From Negaprion brevirostris (taxonomy: Eukaryota): a stretch of DNA of 64,000 bases. The DNA is taken from positions 2,379,642-2,443,641 of the forward strand of contig JARDVH010000110.1 in the NCBI GenBank assembly GCA_030324005.1, in the 5' to 3' direction. Both the position numbers and the translations under genes were made by a program. Every line of letters begins with the position of its first letter. The stretch's first letter is position 1. Of the stretch, positions 24,381 to 37,880 are shown piece by piece. The notes under the pieces are model-generated. The model had not been told where the DNA came from, did not search any database, and saw only the letters and a list, made by a program, of their open reading frames with translations.

Positions 24381-24999
24381 TTGCGGTTTTTGGACAATTG
24401 ACAAATGCAATTCTACTCAGAAAATACAGCCATCCTTCGTTTCGCAATCTTTACATGGCCTTAACATGCAAGATTAAAACACTTCTTAGGTGAGCCTTTT
24501 AATTATATTCATGAATTTACAATTAACAATTTAGGTAAGACTTATTTAATTACATTCATTCGTAAACATAGCATTCCTCTGTAAGTAATGTTGTAGAATG
24601 TTTAGCCGCAACTCAGTGGTCTCAGTCTATTAGACTTTACTGCCTTGAATGCAAGGTGCCAAAAATAAACGTCCTCTCACTTATTACCACTTTCCAAGTC
24701 ATTAGCCCCAGCTCCTGATAGCGTTTTTCGCCTCCCCCAGGCTCGCAATTCCCAGAATACCATTCACCCCTCGACCAATCCTCAAACTCACCCACAAAAT
24801 CTGCCCCATCCCATTCAGTGTCTCTGAGGCAGCTGATGGATCACCACACCGCAAGAATGCCCAGCTTAAAACTCCCCCAATCAGACCTTATTTATCATAG
24901 TGGTTGTACCGCTCAACAATGCGAAAGGAACACTCAAGTGTGAAGGTGGAGACGCTGACTCCTCACCTATTATTTCACCATCGGTCTTACTGACCCTGA

Positions 25000-25440
25000 T
25001 ATGGAAACAAGAAAAAAATAGCGACCGGAAGCAATGCAGCCTTTGACCCTGCTCTGTCATTCGATATAATCGTGGTTGATCTCACCTCGACCTCAACTGC
25101 ACTCACCCGCCCATTCGCCATAGGCATTCAAAAACTTACTAATTAAAACCTCTTCATTTCTCCCTTATATTCTCCAACGTCATAGTACCCACCGCGCTCT
25201 GCCACAGCCAATTCCGCAAGCCTAAGGGGAAAAACGAATTTCGCATTATTTCTGCCTTAAAATTACCACCCCTTATCCGAAAGCTATGACCTCTCGTTCG
25301 CGAATTTCCTACCAGAGGAAAAAGTCTCTCTACATCCACTTTGTCGAATCCCTTTATCATCTTGTCCACCTCAATAATTGTCCTCTCAGCCTTCTAAACT
25401 CCAGGGCGCGTAGGCCTAACCTGCCCAACGCCCCCTTGAC
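25000..25440 (-). mobile_element. CR1 LINE 3' end
   Basis: KMIKGFDKVDVERLFPLVGNSRTRGHSFRIRG...RNSFF, the CR1 ORF2 C-terminus. Confidence 0.85.
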
Positions 25441-25789
25441 TCTTTTCAATGCTGTGAGGTAGTCTGGGAATCAGTCCCTTCGTTCAACAGGTTTGGGAAC
25501 TTGACTCTAACTGTCAGATAAAACGTTTTTTATTAGCGTTTGGTGTTGTTGGTGATTCTTATTGGAAGGTAGGAAGCTTTAATTGCCAGTACCTCTATTG
25601 GTTGGTGGGTAGAAGAGTTTTGGATTAGTAGCACTTACTGATAAACGTTTTCTTATTCTAATAGGCTAAGACCACTTAGTTGCGGCTAACCATTCTACAA
25701 CATTACTTACAGAGGAATGATCTGTTGTACGAATGAATATAATTAAATAAGTCTAATAATTCTTATCTAAATTGTTAATTGTAAATTTA

Positions 25790-26340
25790 TGAGATACTAG
25801 GGCAGGCCACCCTCTCAACATACGTAGCTTGTCATATGTGGTCTCTCCTTGATGCCCTTACTACACCAGATGATCACATATGCAGGAATTGCTCCCACCT
25901 GCAGCGGTTGGAGGTCCGTGTTTCAGAGCTTGTGCAGCAGCTGGAGACATTGTGGCCCATCTGCGAAGCTGAACGTTACGTGGATAACACGTTTACTGAA
26001 ATGGCCACAGCACAGTTCAATGATCCAGACGAAAGAAGCGAACTACGACCAGCAGACAGTCCAGAAAGAACAGGCAGGTAGTAGAGGAATCCCCTGAGGT
26101 CCCAATCACCAACTGAGGAGGGCGCTCTTGGGGGTGCGTGCAGACAGAACCACATTTCTGGCAGCACAATTGGTGTGACTGTACAAGGGGCAGGAAGAAG
26201 AAAGGAGGAGCCACAGTGATGAGAGTTTTGTTTTTAGCTCGGGGAACAGACTGGCGGTTTCGCGACTGAACACATGACATCAGTTTGCTGTATTGTCACT
26301 CTGGTCTCAGGTTCAGAGATGTCACAGAACGGCTGTCTCT
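25790..26340 (+). mobile_element. CR1 ORF1 fragment
   Basis: CHMWSLLDALTTPDDHICRNCSHLQRLEVRVSELVQQL zinc finger / leucine zipper. Confidence 0.8.
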
Positions 26341-26439
26341 TGAGAGGGGATAACATTGTAAGACGTCATTCTTTTTCTAGCGATGTAGCAGAGTGTCTAT
26401 AAGAAGTTAGGCAGGGCGTTATAAAATAGGACATCGAGG

Positions 26440-27690
26440 CTAGTAGTTAGATCTGGTTATTTTTCAAACTGGAGGCCTGTGACCAGCGGTGTGCAAAAAG
26501 GATCATTGTTGGGTCCACTGCTGTTTGTCATTTTCACAAACGATTTGCATGGACATACAGGAGGCATGGTTCGTAAGTTTGCGGATGATAGCAAAATTGG
26601 TGGTGTCGTGGAGAATGCTGCAGGTTATCTTAGAACACAGAAGTATTTTTATCAATTGGACCAGTGGGCCGATGAATGGAAGATTTGAAGACAGAGTTTG
26701 ATTCAGAAAATGCAATGTGTAAGATTTTGCAAAGACACATCAGGGCAAGTTAACAATCGGCCCTGGGTAGTTTTGACGAACAGAGAGACCTTGGGATGCA
26801 GGTGCATAGTCCCCTGAACGTCGTGTCACAGGTAGACAGGGTGGTGAAGAAGAATTTGACACAGTTGTTTTCATCGGTCAGAGCATTGAGTAGAAGAGTT
26901 GGGATGTTCTGTTACAACTGTACCAGACATTGGTGAGGCCACATTTGGAGTATTGCATACAATTCTGATTGTCTCGTTACATGAAGGAAGATATTAAATG
27001 GCACAAGTTGCAAAAAGATTTACAAGGGTGATACCCGGAATGAAAGGGTTGAATTATATAGAGAGACTGGATAGCCTAGGACTTGTTCCCTGCAGTGTAG
27101 AAGGGAGTGATCTTATAGAAACATACAAAAACTTGANNNNNNNNNNNNNNNNNNNNNNNNNNNNNNNNNNNNNNNNNNNNNNNNNNNNNNNNNNNNNNNN
27201 NNNNNNNNNNNNNNNNNNNNNNNNNNNNNNNNNNNNNNNNNNNNNNNNNNNNNNNNNNNNNNNNNNNNNNNNNNNNNNNNNNNNNNNNNNNNNNNNNNNN
27301 NNNNNNNNNNNNNNNNNNNNNNNNNNNNNNNNNNNNNNNNNNNNNNNNNNNNNNNNNNNNNNNNNNNNNNNNNNNNNNNNNNNNNNNNNNNNNNNNNNNN
27401 NNNNNNNNNNNNNNNNNNNNNNNNNNNNNNNNNNNNNNNNNNNNNNNNNNNNNNNNNNNNNNNNNNNNNNNNNNNNNNNNNNNNNNNNNNNNNNNNNNNN
27501 NNNNNNNNNNNNNNNNNNNNNNNNNNNNNNNNNNNNNNNNNNNNNNNNNNNNNNNNNNNNNNNNNNNNNNNNNNNNNNNNNNNNNNNNNNNNNNGCCAAA
27601 CATCGGCAAAAGGATCTCGTTCAGTTTAGGAAACTGATCGGCATGGGCGCATTGTTGTGAAGAACCTGTTTCCGTGCTGTAATATCTATG
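26440..27690 (+). mobile_element. CR1 RT and 3' end (spanning a gap)
   Basis: VTSGVQKGSLLGPLLFVIF...KFADDSKIGGVV; LVRPHLEYC. Confidence 0.9.
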
Positions 27691-28029
27691 CGTGCATGGA
27701 TCTACTTACATAACCCAGACATAACCATTTGTAAATTTATTTCGTTTTCTTATTTAATTTTTATCCCTCCCTTATTGCTCTGAAATTTCGGGGTTTGCTG
27801 AGTTATTTCAGACGACATTTAAGTGTCGGTTGCCTTGCTGCAGAACTGGAGCAATATGTCAGACAGAGTACATTATCTACTGTAAGCTTTTGCTACTCTA
27901 TGTACACTTCAAATTGCATTTTAATAAAGCTACAATGAATATATATGTAACAGTTTGATGATGACCATGCTACCATGGAATGAGAATTTGTAAACATACA
28001 GAAAACACAGAGCAGAAATAAATGGAGCG

Positions 28030-28570
28030 TTTTCAGAATGGCACGCTGTTATTGTGGGACTACATAAAGACCAATTCGGGCAACACAAATATTGTTTTTG
28101 ATAAAGATGCAAAGGAGGCTTCAAGGAGATTTGCACAGGTCAAATGAATGATTAAGCAGGCGGCAGGTAGACCACAGTGTGAATACACATTGGTATAACA
28201 CAGGGAAAGTGTTTCGTAAACAGTGAGATAAACACAAGTATTGATGTCCAGGAAGACCTGGGAACACCCGAGCCACTAATCGCCAGCATGCAGGTGCACT
28301 GAGCAAGTAGGAAGACAACTAGCCTTCATTGCAATGGCATTTAGTGCAGAAGTAAAGATGCTCGTTGGAATTGTACAGAGCCTTTGCAAACCACACCTGG
28401 CATTTTGTGTACAAGCTTGCACCAATTGTCTAAAGAAGATACTTGCGCATAGAGTGAGTGCAACGGATGTTTGCCAGGTAGCTTCTTGGGGTGGCGGGCC
28501 TATATTCTATTGTGAGTTTTAGCTATTTCGGCTCGTATTCTCTAAGATTTCAAATAGTGGGAAGTTATTT
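28030..28570 (+). mobile_element. Old CR1 RT fragment
   Basis: Degenerate ...KPHLAFCVQ and coding-like CR1 3' sequence. Confidence 0.6.
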
Positions 28571-29344
28571 GTTGATGAACTATAAGCTTGTCAAGCAAAT
28601 GGAGCTTTTGAAATAACTTCACATGACGTGGGCATCATTGTTTGTACAGAAATCTGTCACTTACACCTTGACAAGGTAGTGATGTGCTGCGTTCCTGAGG
28701 CACTGCAGCCCATGTCGTGCAGATACACCCAAATGCCTCTTAGGAAGGGAGTTCCTGGACTTCGATTCAAAGAAAGTGGAGAAACATCAATATAGTTGCA
28801 GGTCAGGACGGTCTGTTGTTATGGTAGTGCAGATGATATTTCTCCCATGCACCCGTCCTTGCCTGGTCTGTTCAGCATGTAGGTAGTCGAATTTGCGTTT
28901 AGAAGTTGCAAAGAAGCCTTGCTGAGTTGCTGCGTTATATTTTGTAGAGATGGTCCACCAGAAGTTACATTGGCAACGAAATAACAAAAATGAGGACACC
29001 ATGTAAGGAACATCCATTTTTAAACGAACACGGCAAAACACCAGGCAGCGTGCAAAGCTCCAAAATATATTCAGAAAATGTTACCAAGTAAACCATTTTC
29101 GAAAATTAAGTGTTATTATAGGAATAAAAAGATATTCAAGAGATGTATTTGGACAGCGTGAAAAATTGCTTTTACATAATCGTATCACTTGGGGCTGGAT
29201 GAAAATAATGCCTACCAATTTCGAAAGTACAATTCAACATATCTTAAAATATTGACACCAGAGTATAGAATCAGCGTTTCACAATCCAGTGCGAATGGGC
29301 TTATCGATTCTCATGTTCATCCGCCCAGAATTCATAAAAACTAT

Positions 29345-29410
29345 CGACTGGACACGGACTTGAACCCGACACACTCAGATTAAAAGTCTGATCTTTACTG
29401 GATCATGGGT
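29345..29410 (-). pseudogene. tRNA-Lys(TTT) pseudogene
   Basis: ggacttgaacccgacacactcagattaaaagtctgat matches the reverse complement of the T-arm and anticodon arm. Confidence 0.65.
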
Positions 29411-29780
29411 GCAGAGTGAACACAGCGACCCTTAGTGGATAACAGCGAACATTGCAGCGTAGGATTTATTTTCTGCCTGGAGCCGTCCAAATCTGAAACT
29501 CAATCCCTGCAACGGGTATGGACTTTCTTCACGGCTGATCTCCTCAGATCCGAGTCCTTCCACTTCTCGTCATCTACAACAAACGATCTTTCAGCTTTTT
29601 TTTGTCCTAAAGAAAAATAGATTACACTAAGCTAACTGCTGTTTTAAAGTAAATGTGGATACTTGCGCAACAGGACAGGAAGGAGATGGGTTGCTGACCC
29701 ATCCAAACGTATGCACTGAAAACTTGGTTTAACAGATGCAATGAACACTCGGATCACTGACTCGAGTCCATCTAGCGTCT

Positions 29781-29853
29781 GGTTCCATGGTACAGGAATT
29801 AACACTCTGGCTTCATGTGCAGGAGGTCTTGGTTTTGAGCCCGAGTGGAGCCG
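29781..29853 (+). pseudogene. tRNA-Val(TAC)-derived pseudogene
   Basis: ggttccatggtacaggaattaacactctggcttcatgtgcaggaggtcttggttttgagcccgagtggagccg, colinear with tRNA-Val(TAC) and followed by T6. Confidence 0.65.
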
Positions 29854-30169
29854 GTGTCCTTTTTTGGCCAAAATAAAGTCAGCACGGATTGTTGCCAAGA
29901 ATAGCGAGCCCTAGTTGGCTGAACACTCCAAAAATATGTCCCTAAGAGACGACGTAACACGAGGGAAACTCAGGCCTCCGTCTACTTCGTCAGAATTGGA
30001 GAGAGGTTGAATTTTGCTGAAGACTGAAATGTAGCCAGGAGAGATTTCGAGCAGATGTTGCAACTTTAAGAACAAGAGAAATATAGGGGTGGGGTGGGAA
30101 TTGAGACGGTAAATGTTTCGACATCAATAAAATGTTTTAACATGGAGGAGAACAATCCCAATATGAACT

Positions 30170-30405
30170 CAATAGATTTACAGTGCAAAATTATGCTCTT
30201 CAACCCAGCCCCAGCGATTCGACACCAATGCAATCCAACCCTTTTCCTAACACGTGTTCCGAGGCCTTGCACGCTATGGCGTTTCAGGTGCTTGTCCGAA
30301 AGCTTCTGATATGTTGTGAGTGTTCGCGCATCTGCCACCATTTCAGGCAGTGAGTTCCTACCACCCGTTGGATGACAAATATTTTCCTCAAATCCACTCA
30401 AAGTA
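30170..30405 (-). mobile_element. Old CR1 3' end
   Basis: GGRNSLPEMVADARTLTTYQKLSDKH is a degenerate WNSLP..VV.A..L..FK..LD motif. Confidence 0.6.
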
Positions 30406-30414
30406 TCCTGCCTC

Positions 30415-30760
30415 TTACAAAGTTGTTGGACTCAACGCTGAATTGCTAGCGTTGGAATGAGCCCAACCAGAAGATGAGGCACTACTCCATTCAGTGGGGC
30501 ATTGCAGCGTGCTAAAGAAGGGCATGTGAGCAGGAGAGAATGCTGCTGTTGTAAAATGCTTCCGGACCGGATGTATGTGCTCCGCAAAACAATCACCCAA
30601 GCCATATTGGCAGGAGCGAATATTATAAACCTAATCGGAAGTGCAAGTAAAACATCACTTAACTTAAAAGGACTGCATGGGGCCTTGAATGATTTGGAGG
30701 GAGAAGTTAAAGAGGCAGCTACTTGAAGTACAAGGGAAGGTGCCATGGGAAGTGAGTGAA
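30415..30760 (-). mobile_element. Penelope-like GIY-YIG fragment
   Basis: Frame-shifted ...FTCTS..VY.IR....GDCFAEH, matching the Penelope FTCTS..VYCIRC..LGDRFAEH motif. Confidence 0.7.
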
Positions 30761-31909
30761 AAGTTAGTATGATGGAGGAGTTTTAAACAAAATACTATTG
30801 TTATAAAGTAAATATTTCCTCGTGGTTCAACTGCCTAGATTCTGCTTGGCCCAAAGTACCTCTGAAAAACCCATTAACTTTTCATGATTGTCAAACAGTT
30901 TCTAGTCACCCCACCATATTCACTGTTTCCCAAGTCCTTCTAAGCGCGTTTCTCCCCCCATTGCGCCACTCACATCTTCCTACTCGTCCCTTTAACCAAC
31001 CCTCTGACTGTTCGTCTCCTGTCATCTTCCCCTCTTCCATTCTATCCCTCCCAGCCCTCCATCCTTCTTCCGAGATCTCAGGAAGGTAGCAAGGCGCTGC
31101 CAAAGAAGAAACGAGGGTCATGAAGCTGGAAAGAGGAAGCCAGAGAGTCAGAAAAGAATCAAACTGAGGGTTGGGGAGATGCTGCGATCAAAACAATGGT
31201 TGTTTCCTTTAAAAAAAGAAGGCCACGAGGTGCTATAAACACATTATTGCAGAAATGGAGGGAACTTCTCAACTTCATAACCAGCTCAAAGGTGGCTCTT
31301 TGTTCTTGTTGGAGGGTTATCACCTCAGTCCTAGACTTTCATTGCAAGTGTTCCTCAGCATAGTGTCTGAGGAACGAACATCTTCAGCTGCTTCATCAAA
31401 GGACTTCCTTCCCTCATAGAGCAGAACAGACAATATTGCAAAATTAAACTCACCTAAAGGCAGCCTTGGAATTCAAAGTCAGGGTTTCTTGTTCACTAGG
31501 TTGGCGCTATTCATCCAAATAAGCAAAGATTCTGACTAAAATGAGCCTTGATGCAGAAATTGATGGATCATCCCCTGACTTATTCCCAATTCCCTGGAAC
31601 TGCTCCCCTGTCATTAACTCCATTCAGGTTGAGATTAAATGGCCGTATTAAATGACTGCTTTCTTTTCAAGTGAATTGGAGGTGAAATTTTTCATGAACA
31701 GAATCGCGCTTGCAATGATGAGTTCCCAGACTGGCGCCGGCCGATTTCACGACTATTTTTTTCCCCCTGTCATTTGGCTCTTTGGTGGCACTAGGTCTTG
31801 ACCTGAACTGTTCTTTACTTATTGCCACTAGGCTTTGTAAGACTGCTCATTTGCCTGAAATGGTATTTCTAAATGATGCTAGATTTTGAATTGATAAGAG
31901 ATTTTGAAT

Positions 31910-32170
31910 ATGTTTAAGATACGAGGGGGAACGTTCAAGGGAGATGTATGAGGCAAGTTTTTCACAGAGAGGGCGATGGGTGCCTGGAACTCGCTGCCGG
32001 GGAAGCTGGTGGAAGCAGATGCGATAGTGAGTTCTGGACAAATACATGAAGATAATGGGAATAGCGGGATATGAATCCCGGAAGGGTTTTAGATCAGTCG
32101 GGCAGCATAGTCGGTGCAGGCGTGGATGCCCGAAGGGCCTGTTGCTGTGCTCTAATTTTCTTTGTTCTTT
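31910..32170 (+). mobile_element. CR1 3' end
   Basis: ggagatgtatgaggcaagtttttcacagagagg...cctggaactcgctgccgg...cgaagggcctgttgctgtgct. Confidence 0.85.
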
Positions 32171-32239
32171 GACTTGGGCAGTATCATAGCGAAGCTCAGT
32201 CATTGATGTTCTGATTAGTATTTAAATTGTCTTTGTTAG

Positions 32240-32495
32240 GGTCACAAGTAAGTTTACATTAACACTGCATTGAAGTTACTGTGAACATTGTCATACTCCA
32301 ACGCCTGGAGGGATGAAGTGAGGGAGAATTTAGCATGGCCAACGCTCATAAACAGCGTGTCTTTGGGATTGTTGGTCAACGGGAATAAGCCCACGCAATC
32401 ACGGGCTGAACGTGCAGAATCCACACAGACGGTGAATCGAACCCAAGCCCCTCCCACTGTGAGGCAGCGTTGTGAGCCACTGTGCCATCATGCCA
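32240..32495 (-). mobile_element. HE1-like tRNA-derived SINE
   Basis: Reverse complement ggcatgatggcacagtggctcac...ttgggttcgattcaccgtctgtgtggattctgcacgtt. Confidence 0.8.
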
Positions 32496-34323
32496 TTTCA
32501 ACAGTATCAATACATAAAACACCGCACGGTAATTGGAACACTTCATATTATAGATTTCCTGTCTATGAGCTAACATTAAATTAATCACAGTTCACCGTGA
32601 CGAATGTATCCAAACTAGATCTAGTTTTGGGAAATATACTTCGTGAGACATTAGAGAGACTCTGAGACTCGTGTTCATATCTTGATAAATACAGAACTGC
32701 GAGCAGTGCGGTAGACTCCCTCTGTATTCGCATCCAATGGAATATATAACTTTAATTCAGGAAACGATTCAATTCTCAGGAAAGCACATGGATTTCGTGG
32801 AGAGCTAGTCGCCCAATTTTGGCACAGCAGATGTGGTTTTTAACTGTACAATATTCTGTATATTTTGACAAGGTTGCCCTTAGCCTTCTCCCAAAGCACT
32901 AAAACGTAGTTCCGTTAAGATTCCCATTTACATTTGGAATATTCTTTTGCTCTTTTCTGTATGCCCTTCAATACACACACATCCTTTTTGAACCATTAAC
33001 TTTCTTAAGCACTATTCAAAGTGTTCTCTGAACAGTGAAGTAGGAACATGTGGTATAAGCTCTAATCTGCTATTACACCTCAGCTTTCTTTCACATTTTT
33101 AATAACTGTCTTAACAAGGCTACCTTTTACTCCCAGGTCCCTCAGAAAATCAAATCATCCTGTGCTGATTCTATTGCATTTGTTAACAATATGGGTCTGG
33201 ATTTTTTACCCCAAAGTTGAATAGCTTGAGTCAGGAAATCTCCCAGCTCACAGTTCACCTTGGGAGAAACATTCCCAATTGGTGGGATCTTTGATCCCTG
33301 GAGATGGGGTGACAAAGGGAGAGAGGGCATGGGCCACAGGATGCAAATGCCAAGGTGGGCTGTAATAGGGCCCTAAGACTTTGACCCAATAATTTCGTCA
33401 ATTTTAAGCTCTAGCCCTCAGCCACTCCCCCATGGCCCTTCATTCCCTCCATGCCAAATTAATGCCAACACATGGCAACCCAGTTACCCACCCACCATCT
33501 TTTGCCATTATACCTTCCATACCAATTCACCCAATGTCCTCCATGGGTAGACCTCAGGAACCATGCTGAGATTAAATAACGTTGTAATGATCTATTAAAG
33601 CCTTTCCTATAGTAACAATAACACATTCAAAACATTTAAACCCCTTAAAATACTTAATCCCTTATAAAAATGAACAGTTGTGTTTATAACTGCACATCAA
33701 AAGCAGGTAATCCTTTAATAACATTTGAGCTATGAAACCGTGAACTTACAAGCCCATACTGAGATGATAGGTTGTGGAAAGCACCTAAACATTAAAAATG
33801 GCGCAGCGATAGCCCATGGGATAATGTTGACAAACAGTTATTGCAACTGTTAGTCCAGATATTTTCCAACTCACTGGCACTATTTTTTTGTAAATTAAAA
33901 GGCTAATCATTAGAATAATTTTACAGCTCAAGTTTTTTTTTCAAACTCTCACAAGAAAGCTTTATTTTTTATTGAAGGGTTTGGAATTTTAATAACCTGA
34001 CAGCTCTTCAGATCTCGTCCCGAAACTCAACCGCTACTCAAAGTTCAGAACTCCCAAACTGTGGGTTAAGGTCCCTGTTGCAGTGGTGGGGTTGTGGTCA
34101 GTGCAGACTTGATGGGCCAAAGGGCCTCTTTCTGCACTGTAGGGTTCTATGATTCTATGATTCTTTTTCTCCTGGGCCTCTGGATTATTAGTTCAGTGAC
34201 ATTACCACTATGCCACCAACTCGACATCTTTTCTTGTCCCCAATATCAACTCCAGTTACCTGACTGTTTGATGTTTTATTTTCTGAGTGAACATTAGCTG
34301 AATTTAGTTGTTGGCACCAGCTC

Positions 34324-34400
34324 ACATAAGAACATAGAACATAAGAAATAGGAGCAGGAGTAGGCCATCCAGCCCTTCGAGCCTGCCCCGCCATTCAATA
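34324..34400 (-). mobile_element. Young CR1 3' end
   Basis: acataagaacatagaacataagaaataggagcaggagtaggcc tail next to a gap. Confidence 0.8.
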
Positions 34401-37400
34401 NNNNNNNNNNNNNNNNNNNNNNNNNNNNNNNNNNNNNNNNNNNNNNNNNNNNNNNNNNNNNNNNNNNNNNNNNNNNNNNNNNNNNNNNNNNNNNNNNNNN
34501 ATGACCTCCATTTGATTGTGATACTAGCTAATGTGGCCCAGCGAAGTGGGTCAAATTTATACATGCTCTTTGGACACCGGGATTGTCCGAAATTAGCCGA
34601 TTATCGGCTCAAACCTAGCAAATATGACTTACTAAGCACTAAAATAAATTAACCAACCGCAAAAAACATCGATTGCATTTTTCATTGACGTTATATTTCG
34701 AAGAGTCACGACAGAAAGGGACGGGTATGTACCCTCTTTTATTCCATCGCCGCCTAACACCTCTCCTTTTCATACTCTGAGTGATTCTCTCTCGCACGAA
34801 AATTCGAGTTGTATCTCTCCCTGAATTGAGGTCGCTTCGATGCTGTGTTCACTACTATCGCATGGTGCATATCGGCGGGTGTATCTCTCAAGTTTCCTGA
34901 GAATTTAAGAAAATAACATGGCAGATCCTACATGATGTAATATTGGGCAGAATCAATCGCCAGAGGGCTGGTCCAGCTTCGACAGTAACTCCCCAATTGT
35001 GGCCTTACCAACTCTCCAGTTTTAATTACCCCGCCTTGTCCAGCCTGGATAGGCAAATTTCTACCAATTCAATTCAAATATCAATAAACATTAACAAACC
35101 CTTTTTATCATCCTGACAATCCTTTTTCTGGCCTGACATTTTAATTCTATTGCATATTCAATTTTCTCTGCATCACATCGTGTTGTCCCGGCCGCATTGT
35201 AACATCATTTTTTTAAGTGATGTACAGGCGTTTCCTTAATGAAGTATTTTCCACTGGCAGATGCCAAACTGGCCGGCCTTTAATTCCCTGCAGTCAGTCT
35301 CCCTCCTATCGCGAATAGAGGTATTACACGTACGCCTTTTGAATTCCCTAAGACATTTTCAAATCTAGATAATTTTGGAACACCTACAAACGAGACAATT
35401 TCCGGCCATTCAGTTCCTCTAAAGTCGGAAAATACAGCGCTTTGGTTTTGTGCCTTCAGACCCATCAATTTCCATAGTATTTCATTGCCACTAATGTTAT
35501 TGACTTTTAACATTTTCACTCGCACCTGTCCCTTGGTGTGCCAATATTATTGATATTATATTTGTCTCTTCCACATTGAATAGAGGCAAAATATACTTAT
35601 TGGCTATCATTTTATATTGTGAATTACCAGTCTAACTCACTGTGGGACCAACGTTCACCATCGCTGCTCTTCGCTGTGTTCTTGTGATATGTCTCACTGA
35701 TTTATGTTTGTTATTATTATTCTATNNNNNNNNNNNNNNNNNNNNNNNNNNNNNNNNNNNNNNNNNNNNNNNNNNNNNNNNNNNNNNNNNNNNNNNNNNN
35801 NNNNNNNNNNNNNNNNNNNNNNNNNTTGTTATTATTATTCTATCACAATACAATTTCTAACCCTATTTGTGTTACTCATACTTTGCTGGGTTTTAATATT
35901 TTTGCAATAGCTCAGGCTACCGCTAATCTTAGCAGCATCACATTTTTTTTCACTCAACTGGATGCATAATTTCCTGAATTCGTCATGGATACTAAATCCT
36001 TCTCATAGTGTATTCTGTCCTGAATGCAATATATCTTGTTGAGGGTTATGAAATTTCTCCTCTAATGATCGCCATTTCTTTGTTATTTTTATACGTTTCA
36101 ACCCATTTCTCCCGTCCACTTTAGCCAACGCTCTTCTGTGTACTTCAATCAATTTGAGACCCGAGTGCCAGAGCTTTGAATGGAATCACAGTGGAATGAA
36201 AAGAAAAATTCAACTTGCAAGGCATAGCAGCCGGCTATAGATAGATAACTACAGAGTTTGCTGAATTGAAAATGCTCAACACTGATGCCGAGAACAGACT
36301 GTGGTTTTAGTTTAGCAGTTCGTGATCATAAAATGTTTCTATCTAACCTTGAAAGGTAATGTTGAANNNNNNNNNNNNNNNNNNNNNNNNNNNNNNNNNN
36401 NNNNNNNNNNNNNNNNNNNNNNNNNNNNNNNNNNNNNNNNNNNNNNNNNNNNNNNNNNNNNNNNNNTGTTGAATATAGGCACATGTCAAATATATCGGGT
36501 AAATAAAAGCTCAGAAACCAATAATTGTGCGGCCGGGAAAAAAACAATATTCAGAGATGGCTTAAAGTTTTCACATTCTCTCTGTGCTTAACACGAGGTC
36601 GTATTCCACCTCGGTTCAGATAATGATCTACAAACTGCCTCACTCACCGTTAAACAACAGGTGCTCTTTAAGATCTTAGAATAGAGAGTTTTAATTGTCG
36701 GCTGCAAAATCTTCCTGTGATAGATTTCACACTACATAAATATCAACAGAGCAGCCGTCAGTACTTTCAGCGGCACACACTCTATTCACAATATGATGAT
36801 GAAAATTAGTTTAGTCACGAATCTGGTTTGTTAACAAATGCGTCGATTGCTAAATTCACGATTCCGAGTTCGTCACATTCATTTGAGCACAATAATTTAA
36901 CCCTGAAAGGGCGCATCACCAAACGCGGCCTTTTATTTAAATGAATCTGTACAGGTGGTCATGGCATATTTTATTGCAAACTTGAAGGACAAAACAAACG
37001 TGTCATACCACATAATAAATAGGAACAAGAGTAGATTGTTTGGTCGCTGCCTCCTATTCCGTCGTCCAAGGATCATGCCTGCCCTTTACCCATTACCTTG
37101 CTTCACTTGGATCAAGAATCTATCTGTCTGAGCCTCAAATATGCTTCAGGGCTCTTGGCCCATCGAACTTTGGAATTCTTTTCCACAGAGAACTGTGGGT
37201 CGAGTGGCTTCCTTTTACACTGTCAGGATTCTATTATTCTGTGAAAGATTGTTGGATGTGTCGGATGTTGATCGCTCGAAGTCTGCCATTAGTTACAAGC
37301 TAATCTATACACCCTGAGATTAATTGCCGATTTAGATGTTACAAATAGTGGGGCAATTAATACTATTCCGTTGATATCGCGCCTGTTACACTACAGCTTG

Positions 37401-37527
37401 CACAGCGTTTCACTGTTCCTTCCGCTGACGGAAACTGCAACATGTTTGTGAAGAATAGGTTTTGAACTTGACTTTACATCATTCATCACCGTGGCAAAAA
37501 TTGCTACTCACTTTGCTGTTTAATAGA

Positions 37528-37880
37528 TAAGAACATAAGAAACCGAAGCAGGAGTAGGCCATCTAGCCCTTCGAGCCTGCCCCGCCATTCGATAAGATCA
37601 TGGCTGATCTGAAGTGGATNNNNNNNNNNNNNNNNNNNNNNNNNNNNNNNNNNNNNNNNNNNNNNNNNNNNNNNNNNNNNNNNNNNNNNNNNNNNNNNNN
37701 NNNNNNNNNNNNNNNNNNNTGATCTGAAGTGGATCAGTTCCACTTTCCCACTTTCTCCCCATAACCCTTAATTCCCCTGTCTATCAAAAACCTATCAACC
37801 CCGACTTAAATATATTCAACGAGGTAGCCTCCACCACTTCAACGGGCAGAGACTTCCAGAAATTCATCACCCTTTGAGTG
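37528..37880 (-). mobile_element. Young CR1 3' end spanning a gap
   Basis: Same tail; tgatctgaagtggat is repeated on both sides of the gap. Confidence 0.8.

Noticed and set aside
26998-27660. Long ORFs in the track that contain X runs (also 59527-60144 and others)
   Set aside because: They are artefacts of translating through N gaps
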